Origin: Candidatus Latescibacterota bacterium
GTDB taxonomy: Bacteria > Latescibacterota > UBA2968 > UBA8231
Assembly: GCA_965203175.1 (NCBI GenBank)
Contig: OZ241867.1
Location: 160,001 to 224,000, forward strand
Length of the DNA stretch: 64,000 nucleotides
Direction of reading: 5' to 3'
In this document: one piece after another, positions 18,153-28,313 of the stretch
Layout: the number at the start of each line of letters is the position of its first letter
Position numbering within the stretch: the first letter of the stretch is position 1
Translations under genes and position numbers: made by a program
The notes under the pieces: generated by a model
Seen by the model: the letters and a program-made list of their open reading frames with translations, nothing else
What the model was told of the DNA's origin: nothing
The model's database searches: none

Positions 18153-19469
18153 ATGCCCTCTAAGGTGCAATTTCTCCTACTTCTTTTGGCCGGCGTCATA
18201 GAGGCCTGTTGCTGCTACTTGGTTTCTCTCGGCGATCTCCAACGCCAAATACCGCAGATGTGGGCCGGCGCTTTTCCCGCTTTTCTCTGCTACGCACTCG
18301 CGGCGTATCTCGTCCTGCGGCGAGATGTACCTCCCGAACGACCGCACCTGATTCTCGGGGCCGCCCTCGTCTTCCGCCTGACGCTGTGGTGGAGCCCGGC
18401 GACGCTCTCGGACGACATTTTTCGCTACGTCTGGGACGGCCGCGTCCAGCTAGCCGGCATCAACCCGTACCTCTATGCGCCCTCGGCTCCGCAGGTGGCG
18501 CACCTGCGCGACGCGCTCTACCAAAGCATCAACCACGCTGACATTCCCACGATCTATCCGCCACTGGCGCAGCTTTTCTTTCGCGCGACTTGCATGCTAA
18601 GCGCGACTCCAGCCGCGTTCAAATTGGTCCTGCTGCTCTGCGATTGGGGCCTCTGCCTGCTGTTGGCACATAGCCTCGTCTGGCGCGGTCAAGACTCGCG
18701 GCGCGTCCTGCTCTACGCCTGGAATCCCCTGCCCTTAATAGAAGTCGCCGGCAGCGGCCATATCGACGCGCTAGGTGTGCTGCTCCTCTTTGCGGCCCTG
18801 TACGCACTTCACAGCCAGCGCTGGGCCGCAGCCATCTGCGGCCTCGCCGGGGCCTTTCTCGTCAAACTGGTACCCCTCGCACTGTTACCCACTTTCTGGC
18901 GTCGCCCTCGCACCGATTGGTTCGACTTCCGCCAACGGAGTGCCCTGCTCTTGTTTCTAGCTCTAGGGCTGTTGGCCTTTTGGCCCTTTGCCGACGCCGG
19001 GGAAAAACTCGCGACGGGCCTCGTGACCTACGTACAACACTGGCACTTCAACGCAGCGGCCTACTCGCTCTTTCACTTTGTCTTACAGTCGTGGGACGAC
19101 CACGCCTACGCACACGCTCGCTGGCTTTGCACAGCCTTTTTCGCATTGATAGCCCTCGGCGTCCAAATCCACTACCGCGACCCCTACCGAGCTTCCTTTG
19201 CAACTCTCGGTGCTTACGTCTTGCTCTCGCCGACTGTGCATCCCTGGTACCTGCTTTGGGTCCTCCCGTTCCTCGCCTTTTTCCCCAGTCCCGCTTGGAT
19301 GCTCCTCAGCGGCTTGATCTTCCTCGCTTACGAGGTGCAGATCGGCTATGGCAGCGAAGGCGTGTGGCGCGAAAAGCCGTGGGTTTTGTGGGCGCAATAC
19401 GCGCCTTTTTACTTGCTCCTCGGCATCAGGGCCTACTACAGACGTCTCATGGGGTGCCGCGACGATTAG
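18153..19469 (+). CDS. Polytopic GT-C type glycosyltransferase (GT87/DUF2029-like)
   Basis: LSDDIFRYVWDG...GINPY..AP, TIYPP, YAWNPL, HPWY. Confidence 0.8.
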   Translation: MPSKVQFLLLLLAGVIEACCCYLVSLGDLQRQIPQMWAGAFPAFLCYALAAYLVLRRDVPPERPHLILGAALVFRLTLWWSPATLSDDIFRYVWDGRVQLAGINPYLYAPSAPQVAHLRDALYQSINHADIPTIYPPLAQLFFRATCMLSATPAAFKLVLLLCDWGLCLLLAHSLVWRGQDSRRVLLYAWNPLPLIEVAGSGHIDALGVLLLFAALYALHSQRWAAAICGLAGAFLVKLVPLALLPTFWRRPRTDWFDFRQRSALLLFLALGLLAFWPFADAGEKLATGLVTYVQHWHFNAAAYSLFHFVLQSWDDHAYAHARWLCTAFFALIALGVQIHYRDPYRASFATLGAYVLLSPTVHPWYLLWVLPFLAFFPSPAWMLLSGLIFLAYEVQIGYGSEGVWREKPWVLWAQYAPFYLLLGIRAYYRRLMGCRDD

Positions 19470-20164
19470 CCAGCAGACGCGCGATCCCTGTCCCGCCGCG
19501 GGCACGCGAAGGGCAGGTGCATTAGAGCGAAAACGGTGAGAAAGATGGCGGAGACGGCCACTAGGAAGAGCCAGTGCGGATAGGCGTGGATAAAGGCGAG
19601 CTGTTTCGGTGCCGAGAGCGTAAAAAAATAATTAGTCCCGAGATAGAGGTTGAGCGGGGTAATGGCCAAGGCGTAGAAGTGGACGGCGATATAGCTACGC
19701 AGGACCGCCCGCGCTGGCGGGCGGTAGCGGCACCCAAAGGTGAAATAGAACCCCGCGCCGACTAAGGCGACATGGGTCAAGAAATAGCGGATCTCGGCGA
19801 TGGGGCGGATCGACCCGGTCTCCGAGATCGCCGGAAAACACACCGCCAGCAGAGCACCGACCACCCCCGCGTAATACGCCAGCTCGGACCACAGCCTCTC
19901 ACCTGTTGCCAGCCCGGCGAACAGGACGAATACCGACAGGTCGCACAGGTGCAGGGGCAAATTATCGACGATGGGGATGCCTACGACGAAGTGCCGATAG
20001 GCGAACCAGCCGAGTTCATTGACCAGCACCAAAGCGAACAGCGCGCACCGGAAAGCCGCATGAGCCCGCCCATCCGGCGGCCACCTCCTCATATTGGCGC
20101 AGCCCACAGCGAAGAGCGCGGTCACCCCGATCCAGAACAGGTGGCGCGCCGAAAATAATTCCAT
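19466..20164 (-). CDS. YwaF/TIGR02206-like integral membrane protein
   Basis: LPLHLCD motif, N..LGTNYFF, multiple TM helices. Confidence 0.8.
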   Translation of the reverse strand: MELFSARHLFWIGVTALFAVGCANMRRWPPDGRAHAAFRCALFALVLVNELGWFAYRHFVVGIPIVDNLPLHLCDLSVFVLFAGLATGERLWSELAYYAGVVGALLAVCFPAISETGSIRPIAEIRYFLTHVALVGAGFYFTFGCRYRPPARAVLRSYIAVHFYALAITPLNLYLGTNYFFTLSAPKQLAFIHAYPHWLFLVAVSAIFLTVFALMHLPFACPRRDRDRASAG

Positions 20165-20169
20165 GCCGT

Positions 20170-21270
20170 TCAGAAAACCTGTGAAAAGGTGATGTAGAGC
20201 GCCCTGCGGCCACCCGAGGTGCCGTAGTCAGCCCGCACGATCGTGCTCTGCCAATGACAACGCAACCCCATGCCGCTGCCGCGGCGCCACCCGTCGCTCG
20301 TCGGCAGTGCGTCGCGGGTGAAGATTTGTCCGATGTCGCCGAAGGCCACTAGCCCCAGATACAGATGCTGCCGGCGCCATACCGGCAGCCCGCGCCAGCG
20401 CAGCTCGCCGTTGAACACGATCCGCGCCTCGCCCCGATCCCTAGCACTGGCCAAGCCGCGGACCGTGCCGCTGCCCCCCATGTCTAGTTCCTCGTAGAAA
20501 GGCAGGTCACCAAAGGTCCAGTTGACGCGCAGACGGTTGGCGGCCACCAGCCCGTGCCCCAAGGCGTGGAAGTGCCGGTGGTCGAAACTGAACGTCGCCC
20601 CGCGGTAATCTCCGCCGCCGCCAACCCCGAAGTCCACCAGCAACTCCTCCAGCACGCCCGAGGTCGCGTTGTTGTAGTTGTCGCGCGTGTCGTAGCGCAG
20701 CGAGCCGACGAACTGGGCGAACGCGCCCCCGTCCGCGCCAAGGGGGTCGAGCGCGGAGAGAATGCCATCGGCGGCGTTCGGCTCGATATCGTTGTGGCTC
20801 AAACGCCCCCCAATGCGCAGGCGCCAAGGGAAGCGCAGGGTCCGGATCCACTTTACCTTGAACTCCGGGAAGGCGTGCCGGAACGTCTTCTGGTCCCGCG
20901 AATACCCGGCGATATCCTCGTCGCTGAGGCCGCCGTAGTAATTGGCGAAATCCTCCTTCTCATAGACCAGTTCGACCTCGAGCCGCCGGCCGGGCCGGAA
21001 TTCGGGCGTGTCCACGAGCACGCGGTGTACCCACTTGCCCTTGGTTGTGATAAATACTTGGGCGCTGTATTTGCGGCGATAGGGTACGCTCTGGCCGTCG
21101 TATTCGAAGAGATTGGCCCGCAACCCGTATCCAGTGCCGTCGTCCGCGCTGAAATTCAGCAGCGGCACTGCGGTCGGGCGCCAGCCGACTGTCTCGTGGA
21201 CTTGCCGGGCACCGCTCGGACAAGCCCACGCGAACGCCAAGGCCGCCGCAATAAGGACCCGCTTCAGCAT
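20170..21270 (-). CDS. Omp85 (BamA/TamA-family) barrel protein without obvious POTRA domains
   Basis: Signal peptide, YDTRDN, GGSGTVRG (VRGF-like), ELR, C-terminal Phe. Confidence 0.8.
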   Translation of the reverse strand: MLKRVLIAAALAFAWACPSGARQVHETVGWRPTAVPLLNFSADDGTGYGLRANLFEYDGQSVPYRRKYSAQVFITTKGKWVHRVLVDTPEFRPGRRLEVELVYEKEDFANYYGGLSDEDIAGYSRDQKTFRHAFPEFKVKWIRTLRFPWRLRIGGRLSHNDIEPNAADGILSALDPLGADGGAFAQFVGSLRYDTRDNYNNATSGVLEELLVDFGVGGGGDYRGATFSFDHRHFHALGHGLVAANRLRVNWTFGDLPFYEELDMGGSGTVRGLASARDRGEARIVFNGELRWRGLPVWRRQHLYLGLVAFGDIGQIFTRDALPTSDGWRRGSGMGLRCHWQSTIVRADYGTSGGRRALYITFSQVF

Positions 21271-21601
21271 AGACTGCCCCTCGCTAAAGTAGTTTTATCC
21301 GCTCCGCATTAAGTATGGTTAATCCGCAGATGAGGCGCTACCAATCCGCGCCACTTGCGGTGGACCACCAGCGGACAGTAATAAAAGGAACGAATCGCCC
21401 CCTTGCGATGTCTCTCTATAACCAAGCTCTGCCGTAACGCGCCTTTTTACTTGCTCTTATGCGGCACCGAACTAGCTCGTCGCCGGATGGGAACAGGTGA
21501 CTCGTGGAGGCAGAAGTGCGGAAAATAGTTCAAAGTGTTTCTGTTTGTTATATTCCTGATTATAATGGCGCAAGGCGATAGCAACCTCGCGCCTGGGAAA
21601 A

Positions 21602-22189
21602 TTGCGCGTGAATGGCTCCGTGAAAAATACTCTGCGCCTCGTGGCCTTTGGCTTGGGCGCGCTGTGTCTGCACGGCTGTTTGGAGCTGGTGCGTAGGCCG
21701 CCAGCGGGCGAACCCTTCGGCTACGAGTACGCCCCAGCCGCCGACACCACAGCCACGAGCGCAGCAGCCGTCCAACCCATGCCAGCGCTAGTCGTCGTAG
21801 ATCGCCCCAAGCGCTCGCGCCAACAGTTGCGAGACATCGAGCAGGTCAACAAATACGCGCTCTGGTGCATTGAAAACGCCATGTGGAACGAGGCCCAATC
21901 GCACATGGAACGCGCCTTGGCGCAAGACAGCTTGTCGGCCAGCCTGCACAACAACCTCGGGGTCATCTATGAGCGGCTCGGCATGACCGACAAAGCGGCT
22001 GAATTCTACGGCCGGGCGCGGGCCCTCAACCCCGCCCAAGAAGCCTATGCAGCCAATTTGCGCCACTTGCAACAATACCAGCAGACCGACAGCGACTCCA
22101 CAGGCTCACTTGATATATTCAAGTCGGACCATGGCCAGCCCCGGCGAACCCGACGCCCGGACTATTCACCTACATCCACGGGAGAGTGA
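21602..22189 (+). CDS. TPR-containing lipoprotein
   Basis: Lipobox LHGC; HNNLGVIYERLG...A..FY.RA..LNP; start may be GTG 21620. Confidence 0.75.
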   Translation: MRVNGSVKNTLRLVAFGLGALCLHGCLELVRRPPAGEPFGYEYAPAADTTATSAAAVQPMPALVVVDRPKRSRQQLRDIEQVNKYALWCIENAMWNEAQSHMERALAQDSLSASLHNNLGVIYERLGMTDKAAEFYGRARALNPAQEAYAANLRHLQQYQQTDSDSTGSLDIFKSDHGQPRRTRRPDYSPTSTGE

Positions 22190-25100
22190 ACGTGCAGGCT
22201 ATAACGAGATTCCGCACCTTCGCCTGCGCCGCCCTGCTCGTTTGGGGCACCGCAGACCTCAGCGCCCAAGATATCCTCACTTTGCAGCTACAGCAGGGAT
22301 TTGGGAAAAACAAGGTCCGCTATCGAGACTTCCAGTGGGAGATCCTCGAAAGCGAGCACATAGAGCTTCACTTTGAGTCTGAATTCCAGAATCTGGCCGT
22401 GCGGGCAATCGAGTACCTCGAAGAGGGCTACGATCACATCAGCCAAATCTTGCACCACGACCTTTCGCACCGGCCGCCGGTCGTCATCTATCAGTCTCAC
22501 TACCAGTTCCAGCAGACCAATATCTTTCCCGACTTTCTGCCGCCTGGCGTCGCTGGCTTTGCCGAGCCGCTGCGCTTCCGCATGGTCGTCCCCTTTGCGG
22601 GCGATCTCGACGAGTTCCGCAATGTCCTCGTCCACGAGCTGGCCCACATTTTCCAGTACGACATCGTTCACAAAGGCCCCATTCGCCGCATCACCAGCCC
22701 GATCGCCCAGCCGCCCACTTGGCTCATGGAGGGCATGGCCGAATACACCACCCCGGGCCGCAACACCGTCGATGAGATGGTCCTCCGCGACGCCGTGCTC
22801 ACCGATGGCCTCATCCCTCTCGAAACCATGAATCAGGCTTGGGGCCAAGGCAATGTATTCCTCGCATACAAGCAGAGCCACGCGCTCATGGAATACATTG
22901 CCCAGCAGTACGGCCCCGAAAAAATCAGCCGCATCCTCCGCCTGTGGGATAGCCAGCACGACACCGACAAACTCATGGATCGCTTGATCGGCATGGACTT
23001 GAAAACCCTCGACGAGCGCTGGTCGGCCCAGATGCGCAAATCCTACTGGCCTCTCTTGCAGACGCGCGACTACACCTCTGAATTCGCCGAGAAAATAGGT
23101 GACGACGAGGACATCCTCAGCTTCTCCAACGCCTGCTGGTCGCTCAGCGGCGACATGCTCGCCGTCTATTCCTCGGATGGGATCGAACAGCACGTGGACA
23201 TCATCCGTCTGCGCGATGCCTCGCTCGTCGAGCGCGTCACCGAGAGCATGCGCGCCGCCGACTACGATCATCTCAGCATCGGCAGCGGCACCGTGGCTTG
23301 GGCACAAGACGGTCAGACCATCGCCTTTGTCGCCAAAGAAGGCCCCCGCGACCGCATCATGCTGTGGGATCTCTACGACAAGGAACTCATGCAGACCCTG
23401 TCTATGCCCGATATGGATCTCGTCGAGAGCCTAACCTGGTCCCCCAACAGCCGCCAACTCGCTTTTATTGGCACCGGACAGGGCCAGAGCGATCTCTACA
23501 TCATTGACGTGCAGACCGGCGAGCGGCGCCAACTCACGGGCACGCCCGAGCGCGAAGATTATCCGAACTGGTCGCCCGATGGCCAGCACATCGCCTTTAG
23601 CACCAAGTACCGCAACCAGTTCGACATCAAGATTTACGATCTAACCGAGAATGTAGCGCACGCGGCCATATCCAGCCCGACCGACGACCTGTGGCCTCAG
23701 TGGCTGCCCGAAGGCAACAAGCTGCTTTTCGTCTCCACCCGCGACAAGATCAACGACCTCTTCGTCTATCACCTCGACGAGGGCCACGAATTCCGCCTGA
23801 CCCGCAGCCTCAGCGGTATTATGAATCCCGCCCTTTCGCCCGACGGGCGTCAGATCGTGTTCAACACCTACTTCAAGGGCCGCAGCCATCTCTACCGGAT
23901 GGCCATGCCCGAATGGCCCGATGTCAAACGCAAAGACGCACAGCTACTGGCGCGCGTGGCCGAAGCTGTACCGCCGGTCGAGGTAGCACCGCCAGTCGAA
24001 GCAGAGCCGCCAACTGAAGCAGAGCCGCAAGCCACTGAGGCCCTAGCTATAGAGATGCCTCAGGTGCGACCCGTGGTAGAGGGCGACGCCGTGCTCTCCG
24101 ACCAAGGCGGTACCCCGGGCCTAGAGCAGGTCTCGGCTCCGAAGGACTCGGAACTTCCGGACGACGCCGTGCTGCTAGCCGGGGCCAGCGGCTCGCAGAC
24201 GCCCACCGAATCCCAAGAACCGCAAGCCACCGTCCAGCTCGTCGACAACGACGGCGACGACGAATTAGAACTGCGCCGTCGCCGCTACACTCCCAAGCTC
24301 GAATTCGACGGCATCTCCGTGCAAATGGGCTATTTCGATGGGTTCTTATCGTCGATTGCCCAGCTAAGCATGAGCGACCTTCTGGGCAATCACTCTCTGG
24401 TCTTGGCTACGGATTACGTAGCCGCGCAGGACATCAGCAATGACTTCAACTTTGCCGCCAGCTACAAATACTACGGCAAGCGACCCACGTATCGCGTATC
24501 CATTTTTAATTGGAACCAGTACTTCATCAACGACCGCAACTTCCTCGTCCCAGGTCGCCCCCCGACTCGGGGCATTAGCCGCCTCCAGCAGCGAGGAGCT
24601 TTAGCCAACGCCAGCTATCCGCTCGACCTCTACCGTCGCCTCGACCTGAGCTATACCTATGTCGCCGAGCAAGAAGAACAGGTCAGTCCCTTCTACGAAG
24701 CAGATTCTACTGCTGTTGCTAGTAGTACTCATCTGTTCAAGGCTGCATACGTTCACGACTCAATTACCTATGGCCTTTTGGGTGCCACCGCCGGCAAGCG
24801 TTACTTCCTCTCGGTAGGGCGCACGCTCGATCTAGGATCGGCTACGCGTTCTTTTTCGCACCTCGAATTGGACTATCGTCACTACTTGCGGCTGGGGCGT
24901 TGGTCGGTGCTGGGCCTGAGAGCCTATGGCGTGGGATCTTTGGGCCGCAATGCCCTCGAATACAACCTAGGAGGGCCGACTTGGTACTTGCCTTTTTACA
25001 CGGGCTTCAACCTCAATACCGGCCCACTGCGCGGCTATAAGTTCTCGGCCTTCTCTGGCAGCCGGGTTCTGTTGACCAATGCCGAGTTGCGCGTCCCCTT

Positions 25101-25395
25101 TGTGCGCGGCATTCTCTTTGGCTGGCCCGGCACCTTCTTGATTCCGGCGGTTGACGGCAGCCTGTTTGTGGATATGGGCATGGCCTGGGACAAGGGCGAT
25201 ACAATCGACCTGTGGCCCTTCCACAACCCACACGCCGCACTCACGTCCTCCCCACGGCAGGTACACGCCAGCGTCGGCTTCGGTCTCTTAGTGTACTTCT
25301 TACTGCCGATGAACTTTGAATTCGCCAGGCAGATGGACCTACAAGGCAACTTCTCGGACTTCAAGTTCCACTTCAGCTTTGGACGGAGCTTTTGA
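22186..25395 (+). CDS. Metallopeptidase-like + TolB/PD40 beta-propeller + Omp85 barrel fusion protein
   Basis: HELAH...WLMEGMAEY; WSPDG/LSPDG repeats; LRGY, NAELR.P and terminal FSFGRSF. Confidence 0.85.
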   Translation: MNVQAITRFRTFACAALLVWGTADLSAQDILTLQLQQGFGKNKVRYRDFQWEILESEHIELHFESEFQNLAVRAIEYLEEGYDHISQILHHDLSHRPPVVIYQSHYQFQQTNIFPDFLPPGVAGFAEPLRFRMVVPFAGDLDEFRNVLVHELAHIFQYDIVHKGPIRRITSPIAQPPTWLMEGMAEYTTPGRNTVDEMVLRDAVLTDGLIPLETMNQAWGQGNVFLAYKQSHALMEYIAQQYGPEKISRILRLWDSQHDTDKLMDRLIGMDLKTLDERWSAQMRKSYWPLLQTRDYTSEFAEKIGDDEDILSFSNACWSLSGDMLAVYSSDGIEQHVDIIRLRDASLVERVTESMRAADYDHLSIGSGTVAWAQDGQTIAFVAKEGPRDRIMLWDLYDKELMQTLSMPDMDLVESLTWSPNSRQLAFIGTGQGQSDLYIIDVQTGERRQLTGTPEREDYPNWSPDGQHIAFSTKYRNQFDIKIYDLTENVAHAAISSPTDDLWPQWLPEGNKLLFVSTRDKINDLFVYHLDEGHEFRLTRSLSGIMNPALSPDGRQIVFNTYFKGRSHLYRMAMPEWPDVKRKDAQLLARVAEAVPPVEVAPPVEAEPPTEAEPQATEALAIEMPQVRPVVEGDAVLSDQGGTPGLEQVSAPKDSELPDDAVLLAGASGSQTPTESQEPQATVQLVDNDGDDELELRRRRYTPKLEFDGISVQMGYFDGFLSSIAQLSMSDLLGNHSLVLATDYVAAQDISNDFNFAASYKYYGKRPTYRVSIFNWNQYFINDRNFLVPGRPPTRGISRLQQRGALANASYPLDLYRRLDLSYTYVAEQEEQVSPFYEADSTAVASSTHLFKAAYVHDSITYGLLGATAGKRYFLSVGRTLDLGSATRSFSHLELDYRHYLRLGRWSVLGLRAYGVGSLGRNALEYNLGGPTWYLPFYTGFNLNTGPLRGYKFSAFSGSRVLLTNAELRVPFVRGILFGWPGTFLIPAVDGSLFVDMGMAWDKGDTIDLWPFHNPHAALTSSPRQVHASVGFGLLVYFLLPMNFEFARQMDLQGNFSDFKFHFSFGRSF

Positions 25396-26081
25396 TCCGC
25401 GCTACTGTCCTCGCACTGCTCATTGGCCTAGCCGGTTGCGGCGGCCGCGCTGCTTTCACGCGCGTCGAATTCCGCGCTCCGTCGCAACCCGACCCGGTCT
25501 TGCGCCCCTTTCTCGCGGATGTCGATCACATCGGCGTCGTTTGCGCGACCAACATCGAACCCTTTCGGGAGTTGGACATCGAGAAGGTCATGGCGCGTCT
25601 GTCCAACGCCGTGGTCCGCAGCCTCGGCAACATGCCCAAAACCGAGGTAATGAACCAAGACGAAATCACCTACCAACTCAAGGATATTCGACTCGACTCG
25701 ACGAGCGTCCACCAAGACTCGGTACAGGCCGTTCTCAGGAAGGAGCTCGAGCTCGACGCCTTAGTCTTCGTCGAACTGAGGCACTTACAGGCGCGGATGA
25801 TGCCCATGTCGCCCACGCCCTACGGCATGTCGCCCAACCCCGGCATAGACCTGACGATAGATCTCAAGGTCAGCCTGATCAACCTCAATACCAATCAAGT
25901 CTGGCAGCAGGGAGGTACGCAGCGCAATTACCAGCCGGTGCAACTACAACTCTTCGGCGGCAACAAACAAGGAGAGCGTCAACTGCTCATGGCCCTTGCC
26001 CGCCCACTGCAACGCTTCCTCTTCCGCATCGCCCCGCCACCCAAGCCGCAGACCCGCCACTTCGATCTAGGCGGCGACTAG
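25392..26081 (+). CDS. Hypothetical lipoprotein
   Basis: Lipobox LAGC; overlaps the upstream stop (TTGA). Confidence 0.7.
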   Translation: MIRATVLALLIGLAGCGGRAAFTRVEFRAPSQPDPVLRPFLADVDHIGVVCATNIEPFRELDIEKVMARLSNAVVRSLGNMPKTEVMNQDEITYQLKDIRLDSTSVHQDSVQAVLRKELELDALVFVELRHLQARMMPMSPTPYGMSPNPGIDLTIDLKVSLINLNTNQVWQQGGTQRNYQPVQLQLFGGNKQGERQLLMALARPLQRFLFRIAPPPKPQTRHFDLGGD

Positions 26082-26085
26082 GCAT

Positions 26086-26122
26086 AAAAAAGGCGGAGAG
26101 CCTTCGTGGCCCTCCGCTTTTT
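26086..26122. terminator. Bidirectional intrinsic terminator
   Basis: A-run, GCGGAG...CTCCGC stem, T-run between convergent genes. Confidence 0.75.
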
Positions 26123-26141
26123 CTGCGTCTCTAGCGAAAAA

Positions 26142-26849
26142 TCAGCGCCGTCGCTTCTTGGGCTTGGCCGACTTCTTTGCCTTTGTCGCAGACGATTTGG
26201 AGGCTGGTGCCGATGTCGTCGCTGTGGACGCTTTTGGCGTAGGCGCACTCGGCGGAGTGCTGACCGAAGACCGTGGCGTAGGCGTAGGCGCATTGCGCAC
26301 CCGGGGCTCTACCCGCCTCTGCCACACTTCTTCTTCGCGGCGCTGTATTTCGGTAGCCCTTGCCGGGTCGGCAATCGTCGGCGTCGTATTCAGCCGGCTC
26401 GCCGCGCGCAAATCGTCGAGTTGGCGCGTGCTGACCAGTTCATAACCTGGCGGCACGTAGTAACCTCCCGAACTCCGATAGTATGGATCGTAGCCATAAC
26501 TATAGGGTCCATAGCCGCCATAGTAGGAGGGGTAGCCGCCGTAGTAGGAGGGGTAGTAGCCAGAGGTGGGATAGTAATAGCCACCATAGCCACCATAACC
26601 ACCGTAGTAACCGCCATATCTACCATAGCCGCCGCGCACACCCGGATAGCGGTAGAGATCGTCCATGTAGTCGCGGTCGTCGAACTTGCCAATCGTCGGG
26701 GCCTCGACATCGCGGCTCTTGGCGCGGACCAGATCCTCGTCGTGCAGGCTAGCCGTCTCGTACGGGCTGCTGAGTACCGTGTAGCAGCCACTGGCCATCA
26801 GCGCGGTTAGCGACAGGGCCAAGCACAAAATCAAAACTCTTGTTTTCAT
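26142..26849 (-). CDS. Lipoprotein with Tyr/Gly-rich low-complexity region and Pro/Lys-rich tail
   Basis: Lipobox ASGC(YT); SD AAGGAGG; YGG repeats. Confidence 0.75.
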   Translation of the reverse strand: MKTRVLILCLALSLTALMASGCYTVLSSPYETASLHDEDLVRAKSRDVEAPTIGKFDDRDYMDDLYRYPGVRGGYGRYGGYYGGYGGYGGYYYPTSGYYPSYYGGYPSYYGGYGPYSYGYDPYYRSSGGYYVPPGYELVSTRQLDDLRAASRLNTTPTIADPARATEIQRREEEVWQRRVEPRVRNAPTPTPRSSVSTPPSAPTPKASTATTSAPASKSSATKAKKSAKPKKRRR

Positions 26850-26933
26850 GGACTTAACTACCTCCTTGAGGAGTGTTAATCTCATCTCTCGACTTTAATA
26901 TACACAAACCGGCAACAGGAACAAAAATAAAAA

Positions 26934-28313
26934 CTAAAAGTTGTAGCCCAAGCCGACGACGAGGCGATTGATCGCGTAGTCCTCGCTAAGGACGTTGTCT
27001 GAGTATTCGCCTGAGTATTCTTCTACTTGCTTAAACGCACCCCGCACCCAAGCTATATCTATTTGCATGGCCTCGTCGATCAATATCCCAGCCCCGAGGG
27101 TGATAAAGCGCCGATCGTCCTCAATGCGGATGGGCGGATCATCGGAGGCGGGGTCGCGCGGGCCGACAAAGGGAATCGGATCCACGAAGTAGCCTGCCCG
27201 CAGATCCAGCGCAACGACCGGCACCTGGTACTCTACGCCTAAGTGGTAGCGCAAGACGTCTCTGTACTGAGTCTCAAACGAGGTATGAGCGCGCAAGCCA
27301 TGTTCATCGGACCCCTTGTACTCGCTCTGGGACCACTCGGCCAAATGCAGGCTGCCCGCTAGCGTCAGGCCCGGCAGGGCCTCGGCCGAAGCGCCCACGC
27401 CGAACTCAAAAGGTAGCGCGAGTTCGTACGTGTTGCTCCACTCTTCGTCTGGAAATTCCCCTACGGTCCCGTCGTCGCACTCAACAGAGCTGTAATTATC
27501 TGCAAGGGGTGAGTCTGGAGTACCTTCTGGGAGTAAGTGTTGGCAAGGGTTTGGTTTGTCATAGGATGAGGGACCGCGGAAAACGTAGCGAATTTTGTGC
27601 GTCCCCCCGGTGGTAAAGGTCGCGCCCAACCTGTAGCGAGGCTCGTCGCGCGGCGTACGCAGCATCGCGCCCAAGACGGCATACGGAGTCCACTTATATT
27701 CATCTACAAAGGTGTCTCGTGTGCGAAAGCGCTGCTCGTAGAATTGGTCCTGCGGGTCGGCCCAGTCAAATTCACTGACGGCCTCGTCTTCGCCGCTGAC
27801 CAAACCTAAGGTCGCGCCCAGTGAAACGGCCGGCGACACGTCAATGGCCGCGGACACGCCCGCCAGAGCCATCTCGCCCTCGTGCTGGAAGGTGTGGTCC
27901 ACGGCAAGGCCCTCGGCGTCCCCCTTTTGATTGAGGCTCCAATCGAAGTCCTTGATGCGGGTAAAGCCAGCCGCCAAGACCAAGCTACCGCGATAGACCG
28001 GATAGGGATAGACAAAGCCCAACGAGCCAAAGCGCGTATTGGTCAGTTCGCTTCTCCCGTCAATGCCGTTGAAAATCGAGTCATTGGCGCGGCTATTGCG
28101 CAGAAAAGACACCTGCACCTCGCGCCGCTGCATCTGGGCCAAACCCGCCGGATTCCAGTACATGGCCGTGAAATCGTCCGCCATCCCAACAAAGGCACCA
28201 CCCATCCCCATGGCCCGCACCCCGACCCCGGCAAAATTGTCAATGGCCCGCTCCTCCTGAGCCACTGCACCCCGGACCCACACGCAAAGCAAAGCAATAG
28301 CCAGTATCTTCAT
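26934..28313 (-). CDS. OmpP1/FadL/PorV-like outer-membrane beta-barrel
   Basis: GVRAMGMGGAFVGMADDFTAMYWNPAGL; terminal GLGYNF. Confidence 0.85.
   Translation of the reverse strand: MKILAIALLCVWVRGAVAQEERAIDNFAGVGVRAMGMGGAFVGMADDFTAMYWNPAGLAQMQRREVQVSFLRNSRANDSIFNGIDGRSELTNTRFGSLGFVYPYPVYRGSLVLAAGFTRIKDFDWSLNQKGDAEGLAVDHTFQHEGEMALAGVSAAIDVSPAVSLGATLGLVSGEDEAVSEFDWADPQDQFYEQRFRTRDTFVDEYKWTPYAVLGAMLRTPRDEPRYRLGATFTTGGTHKIRYVFRGPSSYDKPNPCQHLLPEGTPDSPLADNYSSVECDDGTVGEFPDEEWSNTYELALPFEFGVGASAEALPGLTLAGSLHLAEWSQSEYKGSDEHGLRAHTSFETQYRDVLRYHLGVEYQVPVVALDLRAGYFVDPIPFVGPRDPASDDPPIRIEDDRRFITLGAGILIDEAMQIDIAWVRGAFKQVEEYSGEYSDNVLSEDYAINRLVVGLGYNF

Noticed and set aside
21324-21360. Minus-strand TGGCGCGGATTGGTAGCGC resembling a tRNA D-arm
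   Set aside because: No anticodon stem, T-loop (GTTC) or matching acceptor strand; not a tRNA
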